Below are positions 28,334 through 37,316 of a DNA stretch of 64,000 nt, piece by piece. Each line of letters opens with the position of its first letter. Positions within the stretch are counted from its first letter, which is position 1. Under the pieces are notes generated by a model, which had not been told where the DNA came from, did no database searches, and saw only the letters and a program-made list of their open reading frames with translations. Source of the stretch: Candidatus Eiseniibacteriota bacterium (GTDB lineage: Bacteria > Eisenbacteria > RBG-16-71-46); NCBI GenBank assembly GCA_041483195.1, contig JBGPFC010000008.1, forward strand, positions 1-64,000, written 5' to 3'. A program made the position numbers and the translations under genes.

Positions 28334-29077
28334 TCACTGGGTCTTGAGCTTCGCGCCGACGAAGACACGGTCGAGATTGAACAACTCCCAGCCCGTCAAC
28401 GACGCGCCGAGAATCGAGCTGGGCTCCGCGAAGAACTGGTGCACGAAGACGTCGACGTTGCCGATGCTCGAGCGCGGAACGTACACGATGTCGAACCGCG
28501 AGAGCGGGATGTCGGCCTCGAGCGATCCGCGTTTCAGCGCGTGGTCGAGCCGGACGCGCGACACCCTCACGGTCCTCGCCCCGTCGCGGTGAAATACCAT
28601 GATGCTGTTGCGGGCGGCGTCGTCTGTGAAGCCGCCGGCTTCCGCAACCACCTGCGTCAGCGTCATGAAGGGCGACAGCGGATACGAGCCCGGCTTCTCC
28701 ACCTGGCCGAGCACGTGCACCTGATTGGCCGCGAGCGACGCCACCTCGACGACCACGCGCGGGGACTTGAGCTCCGCCGCGAGCAATTGCACCAGGGTCG
28801 CCTCGAGCTCGCGCGCCGTGCGGCCGGCCGCGATCACGTCGCCCGCCGGAAACACGGTGATGCGGCCGTCGGGCCGAACCAGCACCTCGCGCACCTGATC
28901 GGCCGTCCCGAGCGAGTTCGGACCGAAGTTGAGCGCGAGCTTGTCCCCCGGGACGATGCGGTACTCGGGAATCTGGCTCCAATCGGTCCCCACCGAATCC
29001 GGCACGCCCAGGGCCCACGCCGCGCCCCCGGCGAGGACCGCGATCAGAGAAATCATGCCGAACATGCTTCGAATCAC
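28334..29077 (-). CDS. Polysaccharide export protein (OPX/Wza-like; Poly_export + SLBB domains)
   Basis: EYRIVPGDKL, VRPDGRITVF, VLGQVEKPGSY, AGGFT, DIVYVPRS; GGAG RBS before GTG at 29077. Confidence 0.88.
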   Translation of the reverse strand: MIRSMFGMISLIAVLAGGAAWALGVPDSVGTDWSQIPEYRIVPGDKLALNFGPNSLGTADQVREVLVRPDGRITVFPAGDVIAAGRTARELEATLVQLLAAELKSPRVVVEVASLAANQVHVLGQVEKPGSYPLSPFMTLTQVVAEAGGFTDDAARNSIMVFHRDGARTVRVSRVRLDHALKRGSLEADIPLSRFDIVYVPRSSIGNVDVFVHQFFAEPSSILGASLTGWELFNLDRVFVGAKLKTQ

Positions 29078-29323
29078 GAATGCTCCCGGCGAAACTCGAG
29101 GGGCGCCGTTTCCCTGCGTGGGGGAAACCAGCGCCACTGGAGGCACGCAGATCGAGAAGGTTGCCAGACGCATGGGGTCGGGATCGCGCGGATCCGGTCA
29201 GCGACCCAGTGGCAGGGTCAATTCACACAGAACCCGGCCCGGTGCAGTAGCAAGAAGCGTCTCGGCGAACCTCCACCTGCGATGAGGGGGACCGCCACAA
29301 AGGGCGGCGTAGAAGCAATTTGA

Positions 29324-29353
29324 AGTATAGGTAGTGTCGCCGCGCAGTGTCAA
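29324..29353 (-). promoter_or_regulatory. Near-consensus sigma70 promoter TTGACA-N18-TATACT for the OPX-PCP operon
   Basis: Exact -35 and 5/6 -10 match in an intergenic AT-richer patch. Confidence 0.7.
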
Positions 29354-29399
29354 TCGAGTTCTCCCGTGAGCCCGGCCGGGCCCGCACCCCAGCCATCTC

Positions 29400-29414
29400 G
29401 CAAGGCATATGCCG
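29400..29414 (-). promoter_or_regulatory. Putative sigma54 -24/-12 element CGGCATATGCCTTGC
   Basis: GG-N10-GC spacing with GGCA and TTGC cores; contains palindrome GGCATATGCC. Confidence 0.45.
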
Positions 29415-29461
29415 CGCCTCCGCCGCGCGATCTGCGCGTGCGCGGCAAAGTGCAACGCCCA

Positions 29462-30406
29462 TCAGCGATCGGGGGCGAGGATGGCCGCTGCGAAGAGCGG
29501 GATGAGAATCTCGTGGTGGCCGGTGATCGAATAGCCCCGCCCGCCCGCCGCCCGGGTCGGACGCTCCACGACGTTGACCCGCGGGCGATAGTGCTGGATC
29601 TGATCGAAGTTCGCGGTGGTGAGCCCGGAGAGATCGGCGCCGAGGTTGCGTGCGACGGACAGCGCCTTGAGGAAGACTTCTGGCAACACGACCGCCGACC
29701 CGATGTTGACGACCACCGCGCCGCGTGATTCCGCGAGCGTCGCCGCGAGGATGCGGAAGTCGCGCAGGCTGGTTTCGCCGAGCGCCGCCCCGTCGCAGCG
29801 AGGATGATGGTGAATGGTGTCGGTGCCGATCGCGACGTGCACCGTCGCGGGGCATCCCGAGCGGTAGGTGCTCGCGAGCAGGCTCGCGTCCGCGTGGCGC
29901 GCGCCCTCCTCGACCAGCGCGCGACCGTAGCCCTCTCCCAGGCCCTCGCCGAGACGCGCCGCTTCGGTTGCCACGCGGTTCATGAAATCTCCGGTCTCGT
30001 CCACCATGCCGAAGCGACCCGCGTGCAGCTGGCTCTCGACGTCTTCCGAGGTGCGACCCATTCTCGCGATCTCGACGTCGTGAATCGCGGCGGCGCCGTT
30101 GAGCGCGAGATGGGTCACGATGCCGCGCTGGATCAGCGAGATGAGGCAGGGAGAGACGCCGGCCTTGATCACGTGCGCGCCGCACAGGAAGGCGACCGGA
30201 CGGCGCTCCCGATGCGCACGCTGCACGCCCGCCACCAGCTCGCGCAGCGAACGAGCGCCCAGCTGATCGGGGAGCGCATCGAGCACCGCCCTCGCCGCCG
30301 CGGGATCGAGCGGCCGCGCGAAATCCTCGACGCGCACCTTCGTGGCGCGTTCGGCCACCCGGGCCACCGTGAGCCGCGACAGATCCGCTTCGCGATAACG
30401 GCCCAT
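29462..30406 (-). CDS. Conserved hypothetical protein, deoxyhypusine-synthase-like fold
   Basis: TGATG coupling to the upstream gene; GAHVIKAG, ALNGAAAIHD, TVHVAIGTD, GSAVVLPEVFLKAL, GHHEILIP. Confidence 0.6.
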   Translation of the reverse strand: MGRYREADLSRLTVARVAERATKVRVEDFARPLDPAAARAVLDALPDQLGARSLRELVAGVQRAHRERRPVAFLCGAHVIKAGVSPCLISLIQRGIVTHLALNGAAAIHDVEIARMGRTSEDVESQLHAGRFGMVDETGDFMNRVATEAARLGEGLGEGYGRALVEEGARHADASLLASTYRSGCPATVHVAIGTDTIHHHPRCDGAALGETSLRDFRILAATLAESRGAVVVNIGSAVVLPEVFLKALSVARNLGADLSGLTTANFDQIQHYRPRVNVVERPTRAAGGRGYSITGHHEILIPLFAAAILAPDR

Positions 30407-31287
30407 CAGTATCCCGCGCGCGCGTCCTGGAGGATCACGCTGATGGAGCCGACCGCCACCTTGCTCTTCATCTGGACCGGCATGCGCCGACCGTCCTCCG
30501 TGAGCCAGATCAACAGCTGTCCCTTGTTCTTGAAGATGCCGCCCGCCCTGAGCACCGGCTCGATCACCACGCAGTCGAACGTTCCCGCCGGGGTCTCGAC
30601 CCGGTCGCGCCCCAGCACCCGCACCTCGAGTGGCTGGCTCCGGTGGCTCGCATGATAGTCGAAGACCACGCTTCCGCCGACCGGGAGTGCCTGGTAGCGG
30701 GTGAAGTAGAACGAGGAGAGCGCGTCCTGCACGTTCGGCGGGATGGGAAAGGCGCGTCCATCGTCGTAGAGCGCCTCGTGGCGGTTGTGGTCGAACAGCA
30801 CTTCGTTGTGGGTTCGCGTCCCGCCCTCGCGACGGTCCTCCATGTAGCGCCAGCTGAACATCCCCTGCCGGTCCCACACCGACTCGATGCGGGTGCGCAC
30901 CTTGTAGAAGCGGCTGAAGAAGGCGTTCGACTCGGCTCGCGCGACCAGCGAGTAGGACGGATGGCCCTTCCAATCGGTGATCGCCGGCACCTCGAGGTAG
31001 GCCGTGCCAGCATGGATGAATCCGTACTGGACCGAGAAACGCAACCGCTCGCCGGGCCGGAACGGCTCGGTGGCGCGGGGCAGCACCTCGTGCGATCCCG
31101 GGGACGGAAGCGTGAGGGTCGCGGCGATCCGCGTGGTGTCGTCGTCACCCGCGACCAGCGAATCGCCGTCGGACCAGAGCGGCGCGGGAGCGCCCGCGAT
31201 GAGACCGCTCAGCGCGAGAACAAGCAGCCCGGAGAATCTCGCTGGCGGGCATCTGGGGACGCCTCTACAATGGCTGGCGATGTTCAT
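30406..31287 (-). CDS. DUF3108-like exported beta-rich protein
   Basis: Signal-like N-terminus; PFRPGERLRFSV, QDALSSFY, VETPAGTFDC, IWLTEDGRRMPV. Confidence 0.75.
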   Translation of the reverse strand: MNIASHCRGVPRCPPARFSGLLVLALSGLIAGAPAPLWSDGDSLVAGDDDTTRIAATLTLPSPGSHEVLPRATEPFRPGERLRFSVQYGFIHAGTAYLEVPAITDWKGHPSYSLVARAESNAFFSRFYKVRTRIESVWDRQGMFSWRYMEDRREGGTRTHNEVLFDHNRHEALYDDGRAFPIPPNVQDALSSFYFTRYQALPVGGSVVFDYHASHRSQPLEVRVLGRDRVETPAGTFDCVVIEPVLRAGGIFKNKGQLLIWLTEDGRRMPVQMKSKVAVGSISVILQDARAGY

Positions 31288-31345
31288 CTCCTGACGCCAT
31301 CACGCAAGATCGATGCCCGGGTCACCCGCGCGTCGAGGGGGCACT

Positions 31346-32557
31346 ATGTCTTCCAGCCAATCGTCTGTCAAACCAGTGCTTGCGCCGTCCGAACGGCTTC
31401 TCAACGTCCCTCCGTACTCGCTCGCGCGGGTGTTTCAGGATCGCGACGAGAAGCTGCGGCAAGGCGTGGATGTGATCGATCTGGGGGTCGGCAATCCCGA
31501 CATGCGCCCCCCCGACATCGCGATCGAAGCGCTGAAGCGGGCGCTCGACGATCCCGCGATTCAGAATCACCGCTATCCATCGTTCAACGGACTTCCCGAG
31601 TTCCGCGCGGGGATCGCGCAGTGGTACGGGACGCGCTTCGGCGTGACGATCGATCCCGCGACCGAGGCGCAACCGCTGGTCGGCTCCAAGGAGGGTATCG
31701 CCAAGTTCATGTTCGCCCATCTCAATCCGGGCGACACGCTGCTGCTGTGCACGCCCTGCTACCCCGCCTATCTGGGTGTCGCGGCGCTGACCCAGTCGCG
31801 AATGGTGGAAGTGCCGCTGCTCGAGAAGCGCCGGTACCTGCCCGACTTGAGCGCGATCCCCAGCGACGACGCGCGGCGCGCGAAGATCATCTGCGTGAAC
31901 TTCCCGAACAATCCTACCGGCGGCACCGAGACCCCCGAATTCTACGACGAGCTGCTGCGCTTCGCCCGCGACTACGACCTGTTCGTCGTCTCCGACATCG
32001 CCTATTGCGATCTCTCGCTCGACCCCTCCTATCGTGCTCGCTCGTTCCTCGAGTTCGACCGCGAGAAGGAGCGTACGCTGGAGTTCCACTCGTTCTCCAA
32101 GTCCTACTCCATGCAGGGATGGCGGGTGGGCTTCGCGGCCGGGAACCCGGACGCCGTCGCGCACCTGCTGAAGATCAAGTCGAACATGGATTTCGGCGTG
32201 TTCATGGGGATTCAACGCGCGGCGCTCGCCGTTCTGACCGGGCCGCAGGATTACTGCGCCCGCGTCGCGGACACCTATCGGTCGCGGCGGGACGCATTCG
32301 TCTCGGCCATCCAGCCGCTCGGATATCCGCTGATCCCGCCGCGCGCGACGCTCTACGTCTGGCTGCCGATCCCGCGTCGCTACGCATCGTCGATGGAGTT
32401 CACGCGCGACCTGCTCGACAAGACCGGGGTGGTGGTGTCGCCCGGCTCGGGTTTCGGAAAGGCGGGCGAAGGCTTCGTGCGGGTCGCGCTGTGCGTCGGC
32501 GAAGATCGCCTGCGAGCGGCCGGCGATCGCATGCGGCAGGCCGGCCTCACCTACTGA
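31346..32557 (+). CDS. Class I/II PLP aminotransferase (LL-diaminopimelate aminotransferase/AlaC-like)
   Basis: LGVGNPD, GSKEGI, NFPNNPTG, DIAY, HSFSKSYSMQGWRVG, PGSGFG..GEGFVR. Confidence 0.88.
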   Translation: MSSSQSSVKPVLAPSERLLNVPPYSLARVFQDRDEKLRQGVDVIDLGVGNPDMRPPDIAIEALKRALDDPAIQNHRYPSFNGLPEFRAGIAQWYGTRFGVTIDPATEAQPLVGSKEGIAKFMFAHLNPGDTLLLCTPCYPAYLGVAALTQSRMVEVPLLEKRRYLPDLSAIPSDDARRAKIICVNFPNNPTGGTETPEFYDELLRFARDYDLFVVSDIAYCDLSLDPSYRARSFLEFDREKERTLEFHSFSKSYSMQGWRVGFAAGNPDAVAHLLKIKSNMDFGVFMGIQRAALAVLTGPQDYCARVADTYRSRRDAFVSAIQPLGYPLIPPRATLYVWLPIPRRYASSMEFTRDLLDKTGVVVSPGSGFGKAGEGFVRVALCVGEDRLRAAGDRMRQAGLTY

Positions 32558-32596
32558 GCGAACAGCCCGGCGCACGGTCTCAACCGGGGCCGCGCG

Positions 32597-35431
32597 TCAG
32601 CGCAGCAGCTTCGACTCGGGCGGCTCGCCTCCCCGCACCCGCGCCCAGAGCTGCGAGAGCATGGAATCGAGCCAGGCCGGGTGCTCGCCGGCGAGATTGC
32701 GGCGCTCGCGATCATCGGTGTTCAAGTCGTAGGCCTCGAGCGTCTGAGCCCCGATGCGGAGGATGAGCTTGTGGCCGGCGATCGGATCCACGATCGACGC
32801 CTGGCCCAGCTCGGGCCGGATCTCGGTCGCGTAGCGATGCGAGTACCCGCGCTGTGGAAGGAAGCTGTAGAAGTTCCGCGGCGCGAGCCGCGCCGCCGGG
32901 TCCCGCAGCTGAGCCCATAGCGAGCGTCCCGCGCTCGGGCCCGCGCTCACCCCCGCCGCCTCGAGCAGCGTGGGATACAGGTCCTGCATCGCGACGATGC
33001 CGTGCCGCATGCCCGGCACGACACCCGGCCCGCTCACCCACAGCGGAACCCGGATCGCCGGCTCGTAGAGCGCGATGTTGTGATGATAGTGGCCGTGCCC
33101 GCCGAATTCCTCGCCGTGATCCGCGCTCACCACCACGAGCGTCCGGCTTGCGAGGCCGTTGCGGCGCAGCCCGTCGAGCAGCTCTCCCACGATGCGATCC
33201 GCCTGCGCCAGACCCGAAGCGTAGACTTCGAGATGGCTCCTGCGCAGATACGCGCGCGGCGAAAACGGGCTGAGCACGTTCGCGTGCATGTCCATGACGT
33301 GGATCCACGCGAAGCCGGGCGACCCCGGCGGAAGCGCGGCAAGAAACTCGGCCTCCGAGTCCGCCATCGCGAGGCCCTGGTCCACGCGCACGCCCTGCAC
33401 GCGCGGCCATCCCCACGGCGAGCCACCCAGGTCGGGATCGCTCATCATCGCCCGCAGTGCGTACCCCGCCCGCCCGAGCCGGTCGGGCAGGTAGCGCCAC
33501 CTGGGAACCCCGAGCAGGATCCCGGGCAGATCCTCCCCCGCGAACAGGCTCCCGAACGTGTCCTCGGTGCCGGCCGACGGCGTGTACGCCGCTTCGAAGA
33601 TGGCCGAGCGTGCCGCGAGCGAATCCAGCACCGGCGTCGGAGGCTGCAGCGATCCGAGCGGGGAATCCCGCAGGTCGGCCGGAGGGACCACGTCGGCCCG
33701 GCAGGCGTCGAGGGTGACCAGCAGGATGTGGGGGCGCCCGCCCGGGTGCGCGGCCGCCTCGAGCACCATGGGATCGGGCGATGCGGCGCCCGGATCCCGC
33801 CCCGCGTCGGCGAATATTCGGGGGCGCTTCGGATCCAGGATCGGCGGGGGCACCCTGGGATCGAACGGCCGCGGATCCCACCCGCCCACCAGCGCCGCCG
33901 GCGAACTCCCGTCGCGGTCCCAGTCGAGCAACGCGGCGACGGCGTCGACGATTCGCCCCGACGTCGAGGTCCGCGTCTTCATGAGCACCTCGAGCGCGGG
34001 ATCATGGCGCATGGCGTGATCGCACCATGGGAGCAGCGCGGCCAGCAGCAGGATGAGCGCGGCGAGTGCGCGGCGGCGAGGCGCCGGGTAGAGCGAGATC
34101 AGCGCGAGCCCGAGCCCCCCGACGATGGAATCGAGAATCACGTGCACCCCGTAGCTCGAATGGGGCGCGAAGGTCGCGTCCATGATGGACGCGAACAGCA
34201 TGCCGCCGAACAGCGGGACGGCGTGCCTCCGCGGCGCGCGCCGGGAATCGGGCCGGCCGCGCGCCGCGAGCCACGATCCCGCGAGCGCGCCAGCGACGGC
34301 CGCCGCTCCGGCCAGCCAGCGACCGCGCGCGATGAGCCAGTCGAAGCGTACCGTGAGCGTGAGCGCAAACAGGATCCACCCGGCGCCCGCGCCGCCCGCG
34401 AGCGCACCCCACAGTGCGCCGGCCGGGCGCGGCGCGAGGCGCAGCGCGGCGTTGGCCGTTCGCACCAAGGCGATCACGGTGGCGACCGCGAGTCCGAGCA
34501 GCACGCCCCCCAGCAGCAGCCACCCCATGATCAACAACGTGAAGCCGAGCCGCTCGCCTGACGAAGGCGCGAAATCGCGCAGCGCGAAGGTGCGCTGCGG
34601 TGCCGTGACCAAGCCCAGCACGAGACCGGTCGCGAGGCCGCGTCCCACCCAGTCCGCCGCTCCGGTCACGGCCGGCGCGGCGTGCGAGCCGTTCGCGCCG
34701 ACCGGCCGCGGCGAGGGCGCTGCGCCCTTCCTCGCGACCACGACGTAGAACCCCGCCCACCCGGCGAGCGGCGTGTGGCACAGCGCGCGCTCGAGCCCCC
34801 GCACCAGCGCGCCGATCAGCGGAATGCTGTGCACGAACGGATGCGGGGTGAGCAGCACGATGCCGCACGCTCCCTGTACGTCGAGATGGGCCGCGACCCG
34901 GCGGCGGGCCGCTTCGGGCGTGTGATAGGCGGTGTACACCTCGCGATCGTGCGAGGAGCGCCCGACGGCCGCGTTCCACCAGCGAATGCGCTTCCAGATC
35001 CCGCGCAGGCTGCGCGGATTGTAGAACTCGAGCAGCGCGATGCCGCCGTCGTCGAGCACGCGTGCGATTTCCGCGAGGCCGCGGTCGAGGTCCTGGACAT
35101 GCGGCAACACCTTGAACGAGCAGACCAGGTCGAAGCTGCGGTCCGGGTGCGGGATCGCGAGCACCGATCCCTGGCTCACCATCTGTCCGCGCTCGACCGC
35201 GCGACGCAGCATGCCACGCGAGAGATCCAGCCCGATCGCGACCGGCGCGAAGCGCCGCATGCGCGTCAGCACCAGGCCGGTGCCGCACCCCACCTCGAGG
35301 AGCTTCGAGCCACGCCACCACCGCCGAACGCATCCCGCCTCGAGGTCGTCGATGTGAGCGTGGTAGCCGGCGCGCCGGGCGTCGTCGTACGTGTGGCTGA
35401 AGTCGTCGTAATAGCTCTGGACGTCCTTCAC
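32597..35431 (-). CDS. Fusion: class I SAM methyltransferase + TM bundle + sulfatase/AlkP-superfamily domain
   Basis: LLEVGCGTG, GLDLSRGML, SFDLVCS; several TM helices; ILLVTLDACRAD, WIHVMDMH, SADHGEEF, LYEPAIRVPL. Confidence 0.8.
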   Translation of the reverse strand: MKDVQSYYDDFSHTYDDARRAGYHAHIDDLEAGCVRRWWRGSKLLEVGCGTGLVLTRMRRFAPVAIGLDLSRGMLRRAVERGQMVSQGSVLAIPHPDRSFDLVCSFKVLPHVQDLDRGLAEIARVLDDGGIALLEFYNPRSLRGIWKRIRWWNAAVGRSSHDREVYTAYHTPEAARRRVAAHLDVQGACGIVLLTPHPFVHSIPLIGALVRGLERALCHTPLAGWAGFYVVVARKGAAPSPRPVGANGSHAAPAVTGAADWVGRGLATGLVLGLVTAPQRTFALRDFAPSSGERLGFTLLIMGWLLLGGVLLGLAVATVIALVRTANAALRLAPRPAGALWGALAGGAGAGWILFALTLTVRFDWLIARGRWLAGAAAVAGALAGSWLAARGRPDSRRAPRRHAVPLFGGMLFASIMDATFAPHSSYGVHVILDSIVGGLGLALISLYPAPRRRALAALILLLAALLPWCDHAMRHDPALEVLMKTRTSTSGRIVDAVAALLDWDRDGSSPAALVGGWDPRPFDPRVPPPILDPKRPRIFADAGRDPGAASPDPMVLEAAAHPGGRPHILLVTLDACRADVVPPADLRDSPLGSLQPPTPVLDSLAARSAIFEAAYTPSAGTEDTFGSLFAGEDLPGILLGVPRWRYLPDRLGRAGYALRAMMSDPDLGGSPWGWPRVQGVRVDQGLAMADSEAEFLAALPPGSPGFAWIHVMDMHANVLSPFSPRAYLRRSHLEVYASGLAQADRIVGELLDGLRRNGLASRTLVVVSADHGEEFGGHGHYHHNIALYEPAIRVPLWVSGPGVVPGMRHGIVAMQDLYPTLLEAAGVSAGPSAGRSLWAQLRDPAARLAPRNFYSFLPQRGYSHRYATEIRPELGQASIVDPIAGHKLILRIGAQTLEAYDLNTDDRERRNLAGEHPAWLDSMLSQLWARVRGGEPPESKLLR

Positions 35432-36540
35432 CGTGGGGGACCTTCCGGGTGGAGTTCGGACTCGAGCTCATCGTACAGGCTCTCGTACGCGGAGGCGGCG
35501 TGCCCAGCAGTATAGCGCTCCATCAGCCGCGCGCGCCCGGCTGCGCCGCGCGCATCGCGCTCCGACGCCAGCCGCCGCGCCGCCGCGGCCCAGGCCGGCG
35601 CGTCGTCCGGGATCACGGCGTCGAGCCCGCCCACGAGCTCGATGAGCGGTTCGAGATCGCTCACCAGCACCGGCCGCGACTCGCACCAGGCCTCGAGCAG
35701 CACGAGCGGCACGTCGGTCTTGCCATAGAGGGAGCGCGCCGGAAACAACACTCCGGCCGACGCCGCGATCAGGCCGCGCATGTCGCTCACCGTGCCCAGC
35801 AGCCTCACCCGCGACTCGAGGCCCAGCGCACGCGCTCGCTCGCCGATACGGGCGCGCGCCGCGGCGGCGGAGGGCGTCTTGTCGCGCCCGGCCAGCACCA
35901 GCTGAGGAAGATCGGCCACGGCCGCCCAGGCCGCGAGCAACAGCTCGTGGCCGCCCGAGAATTCGTAGTCACCGGGGTACAGCAGAAAGCCCGGCGATAG
36001 CGCGGCCGCGCGGCATGCGGCGGATGCGCGCGCCGCGGAGGCCGGGACCAACTCCGCGATCCCCGGCGGAATCACCCGCGGCGCTGTCACGCACGCCGGC
36101 GCCAGGCGGCGCGCGGTCGCGGACGAGAGCGTCACGACGCGCCGCGCGAACACCAGGCGCCCCGCCTCATGATCCGCGCGCGGCGCGCTGAGCGCGGTCT
36201 GGATCGCGGGCCGCGCGCAGACGCGCGACAGCATGCGCGCCGCGGCGCTCGCGGCCGGATGGGGCTGGAAGAAGAAGTGAAGCGCATCCGCCTGGTTCCG
36301 CAGTGACCACACCCGCCGCATGAGATCGAGCTGGTCGAGCCGGCCGATTCGAAACCCGCCCTGCCCGCGGACCGCATCGTGCCTGACGACGTGCGGGGGC
36401 CAGTCGGCGCCCTCGCCGCCCCGCCCCATCACATGCAGCGTGTGACGGCCCGAAGCGGCGAGCGCGATGTCGCGCGGCACCAGCTTGCCGCTGTCGTTCC
36501 ACGGCGGCTCGAGTGGTTTCGTCACGAGCAGCACTCTCAC
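35428..36540 (-). CDS. GT4 (GT-B) glycosyltransferase
   Basis: MRVLLV, VIPPGI, LYPGDY, DVPLVLLEAW..RPVLVSD. Confidence 0.78.
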   Translation of the reverse strand: MRVLLVTKPLEPPWNDSGKLVPRDIALAASGRHTLHVMGRGGEGADWPPHVVRHDAVRGQGGFRIGRLDQLDLMRRVWSLRNQADALHFFFQPHPAASAAARMLSRVCARPAIQTALSAPRADHEAGRLVFARRVVTLSSATARRLAPACVTAPRVIPPGIAELVPASAARASAACRAAALSPGFLLYPGDYEFSGGHELLLAAWAAVADLPQLVLAGRDKTPSAAAARARIGERARALGLESRVRLLGTVSDMRGLIAASAGVLFPARSLYGKTDVPLVLLEAWCESRPVLVSDLEPLIELVGGLDAVIPDDAPAWAAAARRLASERDARGAAGRARLMERYTAGHAASAYESLYDELESELHPEGPPR

Positions 36541-37316
36541 GCCGGCTCACCCGCGTGCCCGGGACCCATCGCCAACTCGCGGCGCCGCGGCCGGGCGAGG
36601 ACTGCGGAGCGCCGCCGTCTCCACCCCAACCACAGGATGCGCGCGGCGATCGCGGCCGGATCTCGCCATGGCCGGATCCCCGACCTCTCGCTGCCGTAGA
36701 TCGCGCGCACCGGAACTTCGACAACGCGCAACCCGATCCGGTGCGCTTCGAGACGAACGAACGCCGGAAACCCGTAGCCAGCGGGGAGGCGGCGCGCATC
36801 GAGCCGCCGCATGCACGCCGCGGACGCGGCCGTGTAGCCGCACTGACTGTCGCCCACTTCGGCCCCCGCCGCCCAGCGCGTGCAGGCGGTGAGCACGCGA
36901 TTGCCGAGCCACCGGGACCACGGCATCCGGCCGCGGGGCCGCCTGCGCGCATCGAAGCGGCAACCCTGCACGTAGTCGGCGGCTCCCCGCGATACCGGAG
37001 CGACGACGCGCGGCATCTCGGCCAGGTCCATCTGCGCGTCGGCGGCGACCACCACGGCGACCCGGGCGCCCGCATCGAGCGCGCGGCGGTAGCCGAGCAG
37101 GATCGCGCCCCCGACGCCGAGCGGACGCTTCGACCGGACGCACTCGCCGCGCGGATCGCCCCACTCGTGCATCACGTCCGATGTGCCATCGCGGCTCGCG
37201 TCGTCCACCAGGATCACCCGCCACGCCGCGTCCGGCACGTTCGCCAGCACGGCCGGCAGGAGCGCGGCCTCGTCGCGGGCGGGAATCACGATCGCGACCC
37301 GGTCCGATCGTCTCAT
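36537..37316 (-). CDS. GT2 glycosyltransferase, DPM1-like
   Basis: VIPARDE, VDDASRDGT, GVGGAILLGY, ADAQMD, GDSQCGYTA, ERSGIR. Confidence 0.82.
   Translation of the reverse strand: MRRSDRVAIVIPARDEAALLPAVLANVPDAAWRVILVDDASRDGTSDVMHEWGDPRGECVRSKRPLGVGGAILLGYRRALDAGARVAVVVAADAQMDLAEMPRVVAPVSRGAADYVQGCRFDARRRPRGRMPWSRWLGNRVLTACTRWAAGAEVGDSQCGYTAASAACMRRLDARRLPAGYGFPAFVRLEAHRIGLRVVEVPVRAIYGSERSGIRPWRDPAAIAARILWLGWRRRRSAVLARPRRRELAMGPGHAGEPA

Noticed and set aside
32597..33760. Classical formylglycine-dependent sulfatase
   Set aside because: No C/S-x-P-x-R motif; Thr occupies the nucleophile region.
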